From an uncultured Arcobacter sp. (GTDB taxonomy: Bacteria > Campylobacterota > Campylobacteria > Campylobacterales > Arcobacteraceae), in contig OZ223300.1 in the NCBI GenBank assembly GCA_965140705.1, forward strand, positions 160,001 through 224,000: a DNA stretch of 64,000 nucleotides. The letters run 5' to 3'. This document shows positions 28,674 to 38,241 of the stretch, in pieces (the stretch's first letter is position 1; each line of letters begins with the position of its first letter). The notes beneath the pieces were generated by a model. It searched no databases. It saw only the letters and a program-made list of their open reading frames with translations, and had not been told where the DNA came from. The translations under genes and the position numbers were made by a program.

Positions 28674-29645
28674 ATGCAAAAAGATTTAGAATATTATCTA
28701 GCTTTAGATTACCCCTTTGAAACATATAGTGGAGAAAATGAAGTTGGAGATGCTTTTTTAGTAGAGTTTTTTGATTTTGATATAAAAGCTTCAAGCGAAG
28801 ATTTTGATGAGGCAGTTGAACTTGCACATACATATTTAGAAGAACATATAAAAAGAGAATTAGAAGCAAACAGAGAAATTCCAAAGCCAAATGAAGGAAG
28901 AAGATTTATGAAACATAGGGAAGCATTAGCTGCATACAAAAACAAAGATTTTGATAAAGCCTATAGTATTTGGGAAGAAGAAGCAAAACTAAAAAATGAC
29001 CAAGCTATGACAAATCTAGGTTTGATGTACTTAAAAGGTGAAGGTGTAGAAAAGGATTATTCTATAGCCAAAGATTGGTTTGAAAAAGCTAGTTCTTATG
29101 ATAATGATTCTGCAAATTTTAATTTGGCACTTATGTATCAAACAAAAATTGGTGTTGAAGAAGATATGGAAAAGGCAAAAGAGTATTTTAGAAGAGCAGT
29201 TAGAAAAAATCACACCCAAGCAGCTTTTAGATTGGCGCTTATTTTACTTCAAGATAGACAAAATCTTGAAGGGGTAAAAGAGGGTTTTGATTGTATGTTA
29301 AAAGCTGCAAAAAATGGTCATACAATGGCAAGTATTCAATTAACAGGTATAGATAAAGAACTAGAAACCAATGTTGAATTAAATGATCATTTCAGATCCC
29401 AAAGTATGGAAAAACAATTAGAAATCATAAATGATACTTTGGATAGATTTATTAGACCAATTTTACTAAAAGATGGTGGAAATATTTTACTAATAGATTA
29501 TGTAAATGAACCAGAAATAGAACTTAGACTTGCCTATCAAGGTGCATGTGTAGGGTGTTCAATCGCTAGTACTGGAACCTATGAGATGATAAAAGGTACT
29601 TTGGAAAAAGTCATAGACCCAAGGGTTAGGATATTTATATTATGA
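28674..29645 (+). CDS. HicB-like / SEL1-repeat / NifU-C (Nfu) fusion protein
   Basis: KDLEYYLALDYP N-terminus; AMTNLGLMYLKGEGV SEL1 repeats; IRP.L..DGG...YQGACVGC; start placed at ATG 28674. Confidence 0.7.
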   Translation: MQKDLEYYLALDYPFETYSGENEVGDAFLVEFFDFDIKASSEDFDEAVELAHTYLEEHIKRELEANREIPKPNEGRRFMKHREALAAYKNKDFDKAYSIWEEEAKLKNDQAMTNLGLMYLKGEGVEKDYSIAKDWFEKASSYDNDSANFNLALMYQTKIGVEEDMEKAKEYFRRAVRKNHTQAAFRLALILLQDRQNLEGVKEGFDCMLKAAKNGHTMASIQLTGIDKELETNVELNDHFRSQSMEKQLEIINDTLDRFIRPILLKDGGNILLIDYVNEPEIELRLAYQGACVGCSIASTGTYEMIKGTLEKVIDPRVRIFIL

Positions 29646-29998
29646 GAATCGCATTTGCTTCTAAGGATAATATTTATGTGAATCAACACTTTGGTTGGTG
29701 CAAAGAGTTTTACATCTATGAAATAAAAGATGATAGTTTCTCTTTTATAAAATCAGTTGACTCTTCTATTGAGATAGAAGATGAAATAGAGAAGTTAAAT
29801 TATAAAATAGAATGTTGTGAAGGTTGTGATATTTTATATGTACAACAAATAGGACCAAAAGCAGCGCTTATGGTAAAAGCTTCAAAAATATTTCCTATGC
29901 AAGCAAGCAGTGAAGATGAAAAGATAGAAGATATTTTAAATAAATTAATCAAAATGAAGGAGAATCCTCCCATTTGGATGAGAAGGTTAATAGATTAA
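29642..29998 (+). CDS. NifX/NifY-family protein
   Basis: RIAFAS...VNQHFG...QIGP.A...PPIW. Confidence 0.8.
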   Translation: MRIAFASKDNIYVNQHFGWCKEFYIYEIKDDSFSFIKSVDSSIEIEDEIEKLNYKIECCEGCDILYVQQIGPKAALMVKASKIFPMQASSEDEKIEDILNKLIKMKENPPIWMRRLID

Positions 29999-29999
29999 G

Positions 30000-31238
30000 A
30001 TGGATACAAATCAACCAATAGAAATCGCCCCAAACATTTATTTCATAGGATCATTTGATCCAGATATTAGAACTTTTGATATTATTATGAAAACAGCCAA
30101 TGGCTCATCATATAATGCATATTTAATCAAAACAGAAGAGGGTGTGATTATTTTAGATACGGTTAAATTAGAGTTTCAAGATGAGTTTTTTAAAAAAATA
30201 GAGTCTTTATGTTCTTATGATGAGATTAAATATGTAATCTCACATCACTTGGAACCAGATCACGCAGGAGCCATTCCAGAACTAATAAATAGAGCCCCAA
30301 GGGCAAAAGTTCTAATTTCTCCCCAAGCAACACCTATGCTAAAAGCAATCACAAGAAATGAAAATATTGATTTTGAGACGGTTTGGACAAATAAAAGTCT
30401 GACTTTGGGAGATAAAACTATTAAATTTCTTACAACTCCATATTTACATTGGCCAGAAACTATGAGTTCTTATGTGGAAGAGGACAAACTGTTATTTTCA
30501 GGTGATGTTTTTGGGAGTCATTACCACGATAGAAGATTATTTGATGATTTGGTAGGAGACTTCTTTTATGCTTTTAAATATTATTATGATCATATTATGA
30601 GACCTTTTAAATCTTATGCTTTAAATGCAATCAAACTTTATGACAAACTAGAAATAGATATGATAGCAACACTTCATGGACCTATATTAAGGGAAAACCC
30701 AAAACAGTATATTGATTATTATAGAAAATGGAGCCAAGATAATTATAAAGATACTTCCCATGGCAAAAAAATCTTATCGATTTTTTATCTAACTAGTTAT
30801 AAAAATACTAAAGATATGGCAGAAGCTATATTTGAAGGGGCAGAAAGTGTTGAGGGAATCATTACCAATGTATATGATTTAGCCTCAATTGAAGAATCAA
30901 ATATGATAAATATACTTGAAGAGAGTGATGGTGTGCTAATAGGAACACCTACTATTAATGCAGATGCTCCAAAACCTGTGTGGGATTTGCTCTCTTGTAT
31001 GATGTTGTTGGAAAAAAGGGGAAAAACTGGGGGTGCTTTTGGCTCTTATGGTTGGAGTGGTGAAGCCATTGATATGATTTTACATAGATTAAAATCCCTA
31101 AACTTTAGAGTTCCTCCAATGGATTCTTTAAAAATAAAACTAATACCTACCCCAGAAGAACTTGCCCAATGCTATGATTATGGGGTAGAGTTTGCCGAAA
31201 TCATAAATGGAAAAATGCTAGAGATGACCATGAACTAA
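30000..31238 (+). CDS. fprA: Flavodiiron protein (FprA type)
   Basis: HLEPDH, LHWPET, FSGDVFGSH metallo-beta-lactamase core plus flavodoxin domain (FGSYGWSG). Confidence 0.85.
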   Translation: MDTNQPIEIAPNIYFIGSFDPDIRTFDIIMKTANGSSYNAYLIKTEEGVIILDTVKLEFQDEFFKKIESLCSYDEIKYVISHHLEPDHAGAIPELINRAPRAKVLISPQATPMLKAITRNENIDFETVWTNKSLTLGDKTIKFLTTPYLHWPETMSSYVEEDKLLFSGDVFGSHYHDRRLFDDLVGDFFYAFKYYYDHIMRPFKSYALNAIKLYDKLEIDMIATLHGPILRENPKQYIDYYRKWSQDNYKDTSHGKKILSIFYLTSYKNTKDMAEAIFEGAESVEGIITNVYDLASIEESNMINILEESDGVLIGTPTINADAPKPVWDLLSCMMLLEKRGKTGGAFGSYGWSGEAIDMILHRLKSLNFRVPPMDSLKIKLIPTPEELAQCYDYGVEFAEIINGKMLEMTMN

Positions 31239-31246
31239 AATGAATG

Positions 31247-31298
31247 AATAAGTGATGAGTATGAATTAATTGACTAAAACTAATACTCATCACCTATT
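31247..31298. terminator. Inverted repeat between convergent genes
   Basis: AATAAGTGATGAGTAT-N20-ATACTCATCACCTATT. Confidence 0.6.
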
Positions 31299-31301
31299 TA
31301 T

Positions 31302-31487
31302 TTATGATAAATCACTAAGCGTTGATACTTTATATATTACATCTTTAAGTTCATTTAGCTTTTTAATGATATCTTCATCACAGTGTTTATCCATCTCAAA
31401 TCTTGTCTCCATAAAATCATATATATTATCTATATTTGAAAATACTTCTTGGAGAAGTTGCTCTTTTATCCTCTCTTGTATACTCAT
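31302..31487 (-). CDS. Small hypothetical protein
   Basis: 61-aa ORF overlapping the upstream stop. Confidence 0.6.
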   Translation of the reverse strand: MSIQERIKEQLLQEVFSNIDNIYDFMETRFEMDKHCDEDIIKKLNELKDVIYKVSTLSDLS

Positions 31488-31843
31488 CTTAATTCCCTTA
31501 GTTTAAAATCTAAAATTTTATTTAAATCAAATCCGCAGAATTTACTTGTACCAATTGTTATAAGTGGTCTTTTTATTAAAATAGGATTTGAAATCATAAG
31601 ATTTAATAAATCTTCATCGGAAGTGTTTTCTAAATCTAAACCATTATTTTTTATTAAAGGTGCATTTGGATTTATACACTCCTTTATACTTTTGCTCTCA
31701 AAAAAATTAAGTAGTTGCTCTTTTGAAAAGTTTGTTTTTAATAAATCTGTACTAATAACATTAAAGCCAAAGTCTTTTAATCTCTTCTTTTGTTTACTAT
31801 TATTTACACATCCTACTTTTTCATAAAAAATTATTGGAATCAT
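31484..31843 (-). CDS. ArsC/Spx-family nitrogenase-associated protein (NifO-like)
   Basis: FYEKVGCVNN.KQ...P.LIKRPL; start moved to ATG 31843 after AAGGAG RBS. Confidence 0.8.
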   Translation of the reverse strand: MIPIIFYEKVGCVNNSKQKKRLKDFGFNVISTDLLKTNFSKEQLLNFFESKSIKECINPNAPLIKNNGLDLENTSDEDLLNLMISNPILIKRPLITIGTSKFCGFDLNKILDFKLRELR

Positions 31844-31870
31844 TTTATTCTCCTTAATAAATTCTATAGA

Positions 31871-31886
31871 TGCATATTTCATTCCT
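31871..31886 (-). promoter_or_regulatory. Sigma-54 promoter of ArsC-like gene
   Basis: AGGAATGAAATATGCA. Confidence 0.7.
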
Positions 31887-31896
31887 AAAAAGTTTA

Positions 31897-31912
31897 AGGA
31901 ACGCTATATGCA
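31897..31912 (+). promoter_or_regulatory. Sigma-54 promoter of nifB
   Basis: AGGAACGCTATATGCA, 15/16 identical to the nifH site. Confidence 0.85.
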
Positions 31913-31945
31913 TAAAGTAAAACAGAAATAAAAAAAGGAGATACT

Positions 31946-33394
31946 ATGAGTTGTTCTTGTACATCTAGTAGTACACAAGAGGAATTACAACAAGAAGTTA
32001 TGGATAAGATTAACAATCATCCATGTTATTCAGAAGGGGCTCACCAACACTACGCGAGAATTCACGTAGCTGTTGCACCTGCTTGTAATATTCAATGTAA
32101 CTACTGTAATAGAAAATTTGATTGCTCAAATGAGAGTCGACCTGGTGTTACTTCAGCTAAATTAAGTCCTGAAGATGCAGTTAAAAAGGTTTTATATGTT
32201 GGTGGTGATATTCAACAACTATCAGTTGTGGGAATAGCAGGACCTGGTGATGCTTTGGCAAATCCTAAAAAGACCTTTGATACTTTTAGAATGCTTCAAG
32301 AAAAAGCACCAGATTTAAAATTATGTTTATCAACAAATGGACTTAGACTTCCTGAGTTTATTGATGAAATAGAAAAATATAATGTCGATCATGTAACAGT
32401 TACAATCAATTCTGTTGATGAATCCGGTGAAGTTGGTGCTAAAATTTACCCATGGGTTCATTGGAATCATGAAAAAGTTTTTGGAACAAAAGGAGCAAAA
32501 ATTCTTTTAGAACAACAACTAAAAGGTATCAAGATGTTAACTGAGAGAGGTATATTAGTAAAAGCTAACTCAGTATTAATTCCTGGAGTTAATGATAAAG
32601 AATTACCAAATGTTGCTAAAAAATTAAAAGAGTTAAATGTATTTTTACATAATATTATGCCTTTATTATCAAAACCAGAATTTGGAACATATTATGGACT
32701 AAATGGACAAGCAAGTGCTACAGACCAAGAGGTTATGGCTGCACAAGAAGCATGTGGAATGGATATGAAACTAATGTCTCACTGTAGACAATGTCGAGCA
32801 GATGCTGTTGGATTAATTGGTGAAGATAGAGGTGAAGAGTTTACTCCTGATGTTTTCCAAAATATGTCTTGGGAAGAGTTAGAAGACCAATATAATATGG
32901 AAGCACGTGCTAAAAAACATGAAGTTATTGAAAACTGGAGAGCTGCACTTGATGCTGCAAATGAAAGAATTAAGATAGAACAAGCAAGTAAAGAAGAACT
33001 AAGTAGTACTGGTGAGACTAAATTAGTGGCTGTTACAACAGCAGGTGAAGGAACAGTAAACTTACACTTTGGTAATGCTACAGAATTCCTAATCTACGAA
33101 GTTGGTGACAAAGCTATCAAATTTGTAATGCATAGAAAAGTTGAAAATGCTTATTGTAAAGGTCCTGAAGATTGTGATGGTTCATATCCAATTGAAGAGA
33201 TTAAAGATACTTTAAAAGATGTTGATATCTTATTAACAGAAAAAATTGGTGGTTGTCCTCAAGATGAGTTAAAATCTATCAATCTTATCTCTGATGATTC
33301 TTATGCTCTACAACCAATAGAAAAATCAGTATTTGCAGCAGCACAAAAATACTTCTTTGCCGTTGATGCTAAAGCAGAAAAAGAGATAGGTTAA
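31946..33394 (+). CDS. nifB: Radical SAM FeMo-co biosynthesis protein NifB with C-terminal NifX-like domain
   Basis: HPC, CNIQCNYC, ESRPG, AGPGD, CRQCRADA. Confidence 0.97.
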   Translation: MSCSCTSSSTQEELQQEVMDKINNHPCYSEGAHQHYARIHVAVAPACNIQCNYCNRKFDCSNESRPGVTSAKLSPEDAVKKVLYVGGDIQQLSVVGIAGPGDALANPKKTFDTFRMLQEKAPDLKLCLSTNGLRLPEFIDEIEKYNVDHVTVTINSVDESGEVGAKIYPWVHWNHEKVFGTKGAKILLEQQLKGIKMLTERGILVKANSVLIPGVNDKELPNVAKKLKELNVFLHNIMPLLSKPEFGTYYGLNGQASATDQEVMAAQEACGMDMKLMSHCRQCRADAVGLIGEDRGEEFTPDVFQNMSWEELEDQYNMEARAKKHEVIENWRAALDAANERIKIEQASKEELSSTGETKLVAVTTAGEGTVNLHFGNATEFLIYEVGDKAIKFVMHRKVENAYCKGPEDCDGSYPIEEIKDTLKDVDILLTEKIGGCPQDELKSINLISDDSYALQPIEKSVFAAAQKYFFAVDAKAEKEIG

Positions 33395-33405
33395 GCCTAT
33401 CTCTT
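33381..33405 (+). terminator. Hairpin over the nifB stop
   Basis: AAGAGATAGG-ttaag-CCTATCTCTT. Confidence 0.55.
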
Positions 33406-33416
33406 AAAATCGTCTA

Positions 33417-33432
33417 TGGAATAGATTTTGCA
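33417..33432 (+). promoter_or_regulatory. Sigma-54 promoter of nifV operon
   Basis: TGGAATAGATTTTGCA. Confidence 0.8.
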
Positions 33433-33464
33433 TCTATATTTTTAATCCAACAAAAGGCAAAACA

Positions 33465-34580
33465 ATGTTTCTAATAAATGATACAACATTAAGAGATGGT
33501 GAACAAGCTCCCTATGTGGCATTTAATACAAAAGAGAAATTAGATATTGCTAAAAAACTTTATGAAGCGGGCGCAGACGAACTTGAAGTTGGAATTCCTG
33601 CAATGGGAAAAAAAGAACAAGAGGATTTAAAAGAGATATTAGCTTTAAATCTTCCTATTCCAATTATGAGTTGGAATAGAGCTACTATGAGTGATTTAGA
33701 GGCTTCATTAGAGTGTGGGCTTAAATCCGTTGATTTATCAATCCCTGTTTCAGATATCTTAATTGATGTGAAATTTGGTGGTGATAAACAAAAAGTCTTA
33801 TCACAGCTTGAAAAGGTGATTCTACATGCAAAAAAAGAAGGGTTATTTGTTTGCATTGGAGGAGAGGATTCAAGCAGAGCTAATTTGGACTTCTTAAAAG
33901 AGATATTAGCTTTAGGTAAAAGTCTTGGTGCCAATAGATTTAGATATTGTGATACCGTTGGAATATTAACTCCAACAAAAACATATCAAAATATAAGTGA
34001 ACTTACAAAGTTAGATTTACTTGATATTGAGATGCATACCCATAATGATTTTGGTATGGCAACTGCAAATGCTATTTCGGGTTATGAAGCAGGAGCAAAA
34101 AGTGCCAATACTACAGTTATTGGATTGGGTGAACGCGCGGGAAATGCATCTTTTGAACAAGTATTGATGACTTTGGCAAGACTTCTTGGAAAAGATACAC
34201 CAATAAAATCTGATAAATTAAAAGCACTTATTCAAACAGTAGGTTTGGCATCAAATAGAAGAATTGATACTAATTTACCTATTGTTGGAGAGTATATTTT
34301 TTCACATGAATCAGGTATTCATGTAAATGGAATGATGAAATCAAAAAGTGCATATGAACCATTTACTCCAACGGAAGTTGGTTTAGAAAGATGTTTCCCA
34401 ATAGGAAAGCATTCTGGAACATCTACTTTACTTTTTCACTTGCAAACTTTAGGAATCACTCCTACAAAGGAGAGTTTACAAAAACTATTGCCATTGGTTA
34501 GGGAAATGGTTACAAATAGAAAAAAAGTATTGGATATAAAAGAATTGGAAGAGTTATACTTATGTTCGTTGGATATTTAA
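33465..34580 (+). CDS. nifV: Homocitrate synthase
   Basis: DTTLRDGEQ, HTHNDFG, GERAGN, HESGIH, GKHSG; nif context. Confidence 0.9.
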   Translation: MFLINDTTLRDGEQAPYVAFNTKEKLDIAKKLYEAGADELEVGIPAMGKKEQEDLKEILALNLPIPIMSWNRATMSDLEASLECGLKSVDLSIPVSDILIDVKFGGDKQKVLSQLEKVILHAKKEGLFVCIGGEDSSRANLDFLKEILALGKSLGANRFRYCDTVGILTPTKTYQNISELTKLDLLDIEMHTHNDFGMATANAISGYEAGAKSANTTVIGLGERAGNASFEQVLMTLARLLGKDTPIKSDKLKALIQTVGLASNRRIDTNLPIVGEYIFSHESGIHVNGMMKSKSAYEPFTPTEVGLERCFPIGKHSGTSTLLFHLQTLGITPTKESLQKLLPLVREMVTNRKKVLDIKELEELYLCSLDI

Positions 34581-35368
34581 GAAATGATTTTGAAGAAGAG
34601 CTCTCTTCTATATTAGAAAGTGATGCTCTTTTTGATTTGGAGTTATTAAAACAGACTTATGAGGTATTTCCTCAATACTGTTTTGCTGCCTATGAAGATG
34701 GCAAGATTGTAGGAGTTATAAGTGCATATGCTTTTAGTAAACATATCTTTATAAATCTGATAAAAGCTTTAGATACCCATAAAGAAGTTCTAACAAGGCT
34801 TATAAAACTTTTGGTACAAAATGTATCTAGCATGAATATATATGTATTAATTGAAGATAAATTAAGTTCATATTTTACAGCTTTCAATTTTCAAGAACAT
34901 TCAAAGTTCTTAAGATATCTGCATAGTGGGGAAGCAGTTGCTTTTAATTTCTCAAATTCAACTGCCAAACAAGTAAGTGGAGAAAACTATAATGAGATTT
35001 CAAGAAAAATTGATAAGGAAGTATTTTTAGATGATAGGGAAGAGTATATAAAAAAAGATTGTGTTTTTACAAACTCTTTAAAACTTTCAACTACAAGTGG
35101 GTTTATGCATTCATATGTAGTAAATAAAAGATATATAAAAATCTCACCTTGGCTTATGCAAAATGAATCTTACTTAGATGCTGAAAAGCTTTTAAGGGGA
35201 GTTTTGTATTATCGAGGGTTAAAGAAAATATTTGCTTTTATCCCAAAAGATATAAAAGAGATAAGTGAACTCTATGAGAGTTATAAGTTTAAAAAAGATG
35301 GAAATTTTACTTTACTTTATTTAGGTGAAAAACCTGAGTTAAAGTTAGAGAATTTATATGCACTTTAA
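34562..35368 (+). CDS. GNAT-fold-like hypothetical protein
   Basis: CFAAYEDGKIVGVI resembles a GNAT beta strand; weak assignment. Confidence 0.45.
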   Translation: MFVGYLRNDFEEELSSILESDALFDLELLKQTYEVFPQYCFAAYEDGKIVGVISAYAFSKHIFINLIKALDTHKEVLTRLIKLLVQNVSSMNIYVLIEDKLSSYFTAFNFQEHSKFLRYLHSGEAVAFNFSNSTAKQVSGENYNEISRKIDKEVFLDDREEYIKKDCVFTNSLKLSTTSGFMHSYVVNKRYIKISPWLMQNESYLDAEKLLRGVLYYRGLKKIFAFIPKDIKEISELYESYKFKKDGNFTLLYLGEKPELKLENLYAL

Positions 35369-35393
35369 AATAAGCAGAAAAGGAGAGATAAGT

Positions 35394-35603
35394 ATGGCAG
35401 ATTTAACACCTGAGCAAAAAGAGAAGAAAAAAGAGTTAGCAAAGTATAAAAGAAAAGTTGTAGAAAAAGCAGGTATTGTCCATGACATAGTTGAAGATAC
35501 TATTTGGACAGACTATGATAAGTTGCCAAAACTTAGTGAAGAGATAGCAATGGCAATGAAAGAGGTGGAGAGTTTTTTAGCTGAACATCCTTATTTAAAG
35601 TGA
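35394..35603 (+). CDS. Rop-like nif-associated protein (CCE_0567/DUF683-like)
   Basis: VHDIVED..TDY..LP motif; ATG after AGGAG. Confidence 0.7.
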   Translation: MADLTPEQKEKKKELAKYKRKVVEKAGIVHDIVEDTIWTDYDKLPKLSEEIAMAMKEVESFLAEHPYLK

Positions 35604-35609
35604 GTTAAT

Positions 35610-35864
35610 ATGGAAGATTTAAAGAACAAAATTATTTGTGAGTGTGGGGAAAAGAGCATTCTTGATGCAGCAAAGATATTTGAAAAAACGGATCTTCCAT
35701 ATAAGAAAGCTAAAAAGTTAGTAACAGGATGTAATAAAACCTGTTGTAGAAAACCTCTTATGGCATTGTTTAATATGGTTGATTTTGGTTTTGTTGATTA
35801 TGAAGAGATTTCATTTTTAATAGATGCTATGAATGATAGATTAAAGGGACAAAATGAGAAGTGA
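35610..35864 (+). CDS. BFD-like [2Fe-2S]-binding protein
   Basis: IICEC ... GCNKTCC. Confidence 0.6.
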   Translation: MEDLKNKIICECGEKSILDAAKIFEKTDLPYKKAKKLVTGCNKTCCRKPLMALFNMVDFGFVDYEEISFLIDAMNDRLKGQNEK

Positions 35865-36846
35865 AATAGAAGACTTTATTAAATGGGTAAATGTCAATGG
35901 TTTAAACTCTTTCATCTCAACTCATATTGATGATATAAATAGTATGACCCACTTAGATTTATCTAAAAAGAAAATAAGAGAATTACCTGAATCATTTGGT
36001 GTATTGCAAAATCTAACAGTATTGAAATTATCAAATAATAGATTAAAAAAACTACCTAATTGTATTGGTGAGTTTAAATACTTAAAAAACTTACAATGTG
36101 AAAATAATCTTTTAAGTGAGATACCAAAAAGTATTGGAAAGCTTTCAAAACTGATGATTTTAAATCTAAATGGGAATAGACTAGAAGAGTTGCCAAAAGA
36201 GTTATATGATTTAAAAAGTCTTACAAGGCTAACTTTAGCAGCAAATAAGATAAAAAAGCTTGATGTGGAATTAGGTAAGTTATCAAAACTTCTGTATTTT
36301 TCTTTAGATACTAATGAATTAGAAGAATTACCTGATAGTTTTTCTAATATGAAATCTTTGTATTATCTTGATGTTTCATTTAACAATTTAACAAAACTCC
36401 CTAAATCTATCTCCCAAATAGATGAGTTGCAAACATTGTTGTTAGAGGGAAATCAAATCGATGATTTGCCTTCATTAGAATCCCATGATATGCTTATAAA
36501 ACTTGATTTGAGTGATAATTCCTTGAAATCTTTAGATTTTAATATTAGTAAATTAGAAGATTTAAAAATACTTATTTTGGATAATAACTATCTTGTAAAA
36601 CTTCCTGATGAGGTATGTGAGTTAACTAATCTTACTAATTTAAGTGTTAGTTCAAACTCTTTGGTTGAACTTCCCAAAAACATAGGAAAACTACAAAATC
36701 TTGAAGAGTTGGATATAGAAGATAATAGTATAAAAAAGTTACCAGACTCTTTTTTTGAATTAAAAAAGCTAAAAAACTTATATTTAGCAGAGAATGAAAG
36801 GTTGGAGCGACCTGAGGGAATGGATTTTGAATATTGTGATATATAA
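35854..36846 (+). CDS. Leucine-rich repeat protein
   Basis: About 12 tandem 23-aa LxxLxLxxNxLxxLP repeats. Confidence 0.9.
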   Translation: MRSEIEDFIKWVNVNGLNSFISTHIDDINSMTHLDLSKKKIRELPESFGVLQNLTVLKLSNNRLKKLPNCIGEFKYLKNLQCENNLLSEIPKSIGKLSKLMILNLNGNRLEELPKELYDLKSLTRLTLAANKIKKLDVELGKLSKLLYFSLDTNELEELPDSFSNMKSLYYLDVSFNNLTKLPKSISQIDELQTLLLEGNQIDDLPSLESHDMLIKLDLSDNSLKSLDFNISKLEDLKILILDNNYLVKLPDEVCELTNLTNLSVSSNSLVELPKNIGKLQNLEELDIEDNSIKKLPDSFFELKKLKNLYLAENERLERPEGMDFEYCDI

Positions 36847-36882
36847 GAAAAGATATTAGAAAACTATTTAAAGGAGTTTGAT

Positions 36883-37203
36883 ATGAGAGATTTAGAGCTT
36901 ATGGAAAAAGAGGTTTTAGACCTTTTAAAAAAACATGCAAATAATGAACAAATAAAAGCTACCTTGGCCCCACTTATAGCAAAAACTTCTATAGAGATGG
37001 GACATCTTTATTCTGATTTAGGATTACCAACTAGGGAAGAGATGGGGAAACTAATGAGTGCAAACTTTTCAACACTAGCAAAACTAAAACCAGCTGATGT
37101 AAGATGGAAAAAGTATTTATATGACTGTATAGGTAAAACTGCACCCGCTTGCGCAAAGTGCAATGATATATCTAACTGTTTTAATTGCTCTTTAGCTTCA
37201 TAA
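36883..37203 (+). CDS. nifQ: Molybdenum-processing protein NifQ
   Basis: HLYSDLGL..R, RWKKYLY, C-terminal CxxC-x5-C. Confidence 0.85.
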   Translation: MRDLELMEKEVLDLLKKHANNEQIKATLAPLIAKTSIEMGHLYSDLGLPTREEMGKLMSANFSTLAKLKPADVRWKKYLYDCIGKTAPACAKCNDISNCFNCSLAS

Positions 37204-37205
37204 AA

Positions 37206-38108
37206 TCAGTTTTCTTCTAAAAACTGCTCATAGAGGTCTTTATTTTGAGAATAGATTTTATATAAAACATTTTCATAATTAAACTCTAAGTAGTTGGCAT
37301 GAAGCCATAATCTATGTGAACCACTACCCTCTTTCCTTTTTTCATCATCTAAAAGTCTATCTAAATAAGCATCGGCAAAATCATCATCAACTCCATATAT
37401 TGGGTCGCCAAAGATGGGATGACCTATTGAATATAGATGTACTCTTATTTGATGTTGTCTTCCAGTTACGGGAATAGCTTCTACTAAGCTCAAATCTCTT
37501 TTTTTATCATATTTTATGGGATTGATTATTGTTTTAGATTTTTTCCCCTCAGCTCCTGCAAGCATTCTTACACCTATATTTTTGCCCTCTTTTTGTATAG
37601 AGGTATCAATAATTATAGACTTTTTTATCTGACCTCGTACTATGGCCAAATAAGATTTTTTGTATTTTTTCTCTTCAAACATTAATTTTAGTTTAGATTC
37701 TATATCCCTATCTTTTGCACACATTATTAATCCAGAAGTTTCTGCATCAATTCTATGTACTAAATTGGCATCAGGCCCGAAGTGATAGCGAACTTCATCC
37801 AATAAACAGTATTCAGTATTTTTGCTAATTGGATGAACAACAACTCCTGAGGGTTTTTCAAAAATAGCGAAGGAATTAGTTTGAAATAGGGGATTTAAGC
37901 CCCTTGTATGACCTTCAAATTGTGCCATATAAATCAAATCAGAATTAATAATATCTCCATACTTCAAAGTATTGAAAGCTTCATCAAAAACTCTTCCTTT
38001 ACTAATTGATTTTTGCGCTGTAGAGGTCTTTATCTTTAAATTTTTGACTAAATGCACTTGGATTTTTTCTCCAGAAAGTGCGGGGTATTCTTTTAATATA
38101 AACGGCAA
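37206..38108 (-). CDS. RluA-family pseudouridine synthase
   Basis: KPSG, HRIDAETSG, TGRQHQIRVH, GDPIYG. Confidence 0.92.
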   Translation of the reverse strand: MPFILKEYPALSGEKIQVHLVKNLKIKTSTAQKSISKGRVFDEAFNTLKYGDIINSDLIYMAQFEGHTRGLNPLFQTNSFAIFEKPSGVVVHPISKNTEYCLLDEVRYHFGPDANLVHRIDAETSGLIMCAKDRDIESKLKLMFEEKKYKKSYLAIVRGQIKKSIIIDTSIQKEGKNIGVRMLAGAEGKKSKTIINPIKYDKKRDLSLVEAIPVTGRQHQIRVHLYSIGHPIFGDPIYGVDDDFADAYLDRLLDDEKRKEGSGSHRLWLHANYLEFNYENVLYKIYSQNKDLYEQFLEEN

Positions 38109-38241
38109 AACTATATCCTTAAATTAAGTAAAAATTAACCAAAAATTAATAAGATTTTTTGACTAAAGTAGATAACATATCATATTAAAAAAAATCGAAA
38201 TTTATGATAAAAATGTAGAAAATGCTATAAGGAATTTATTA

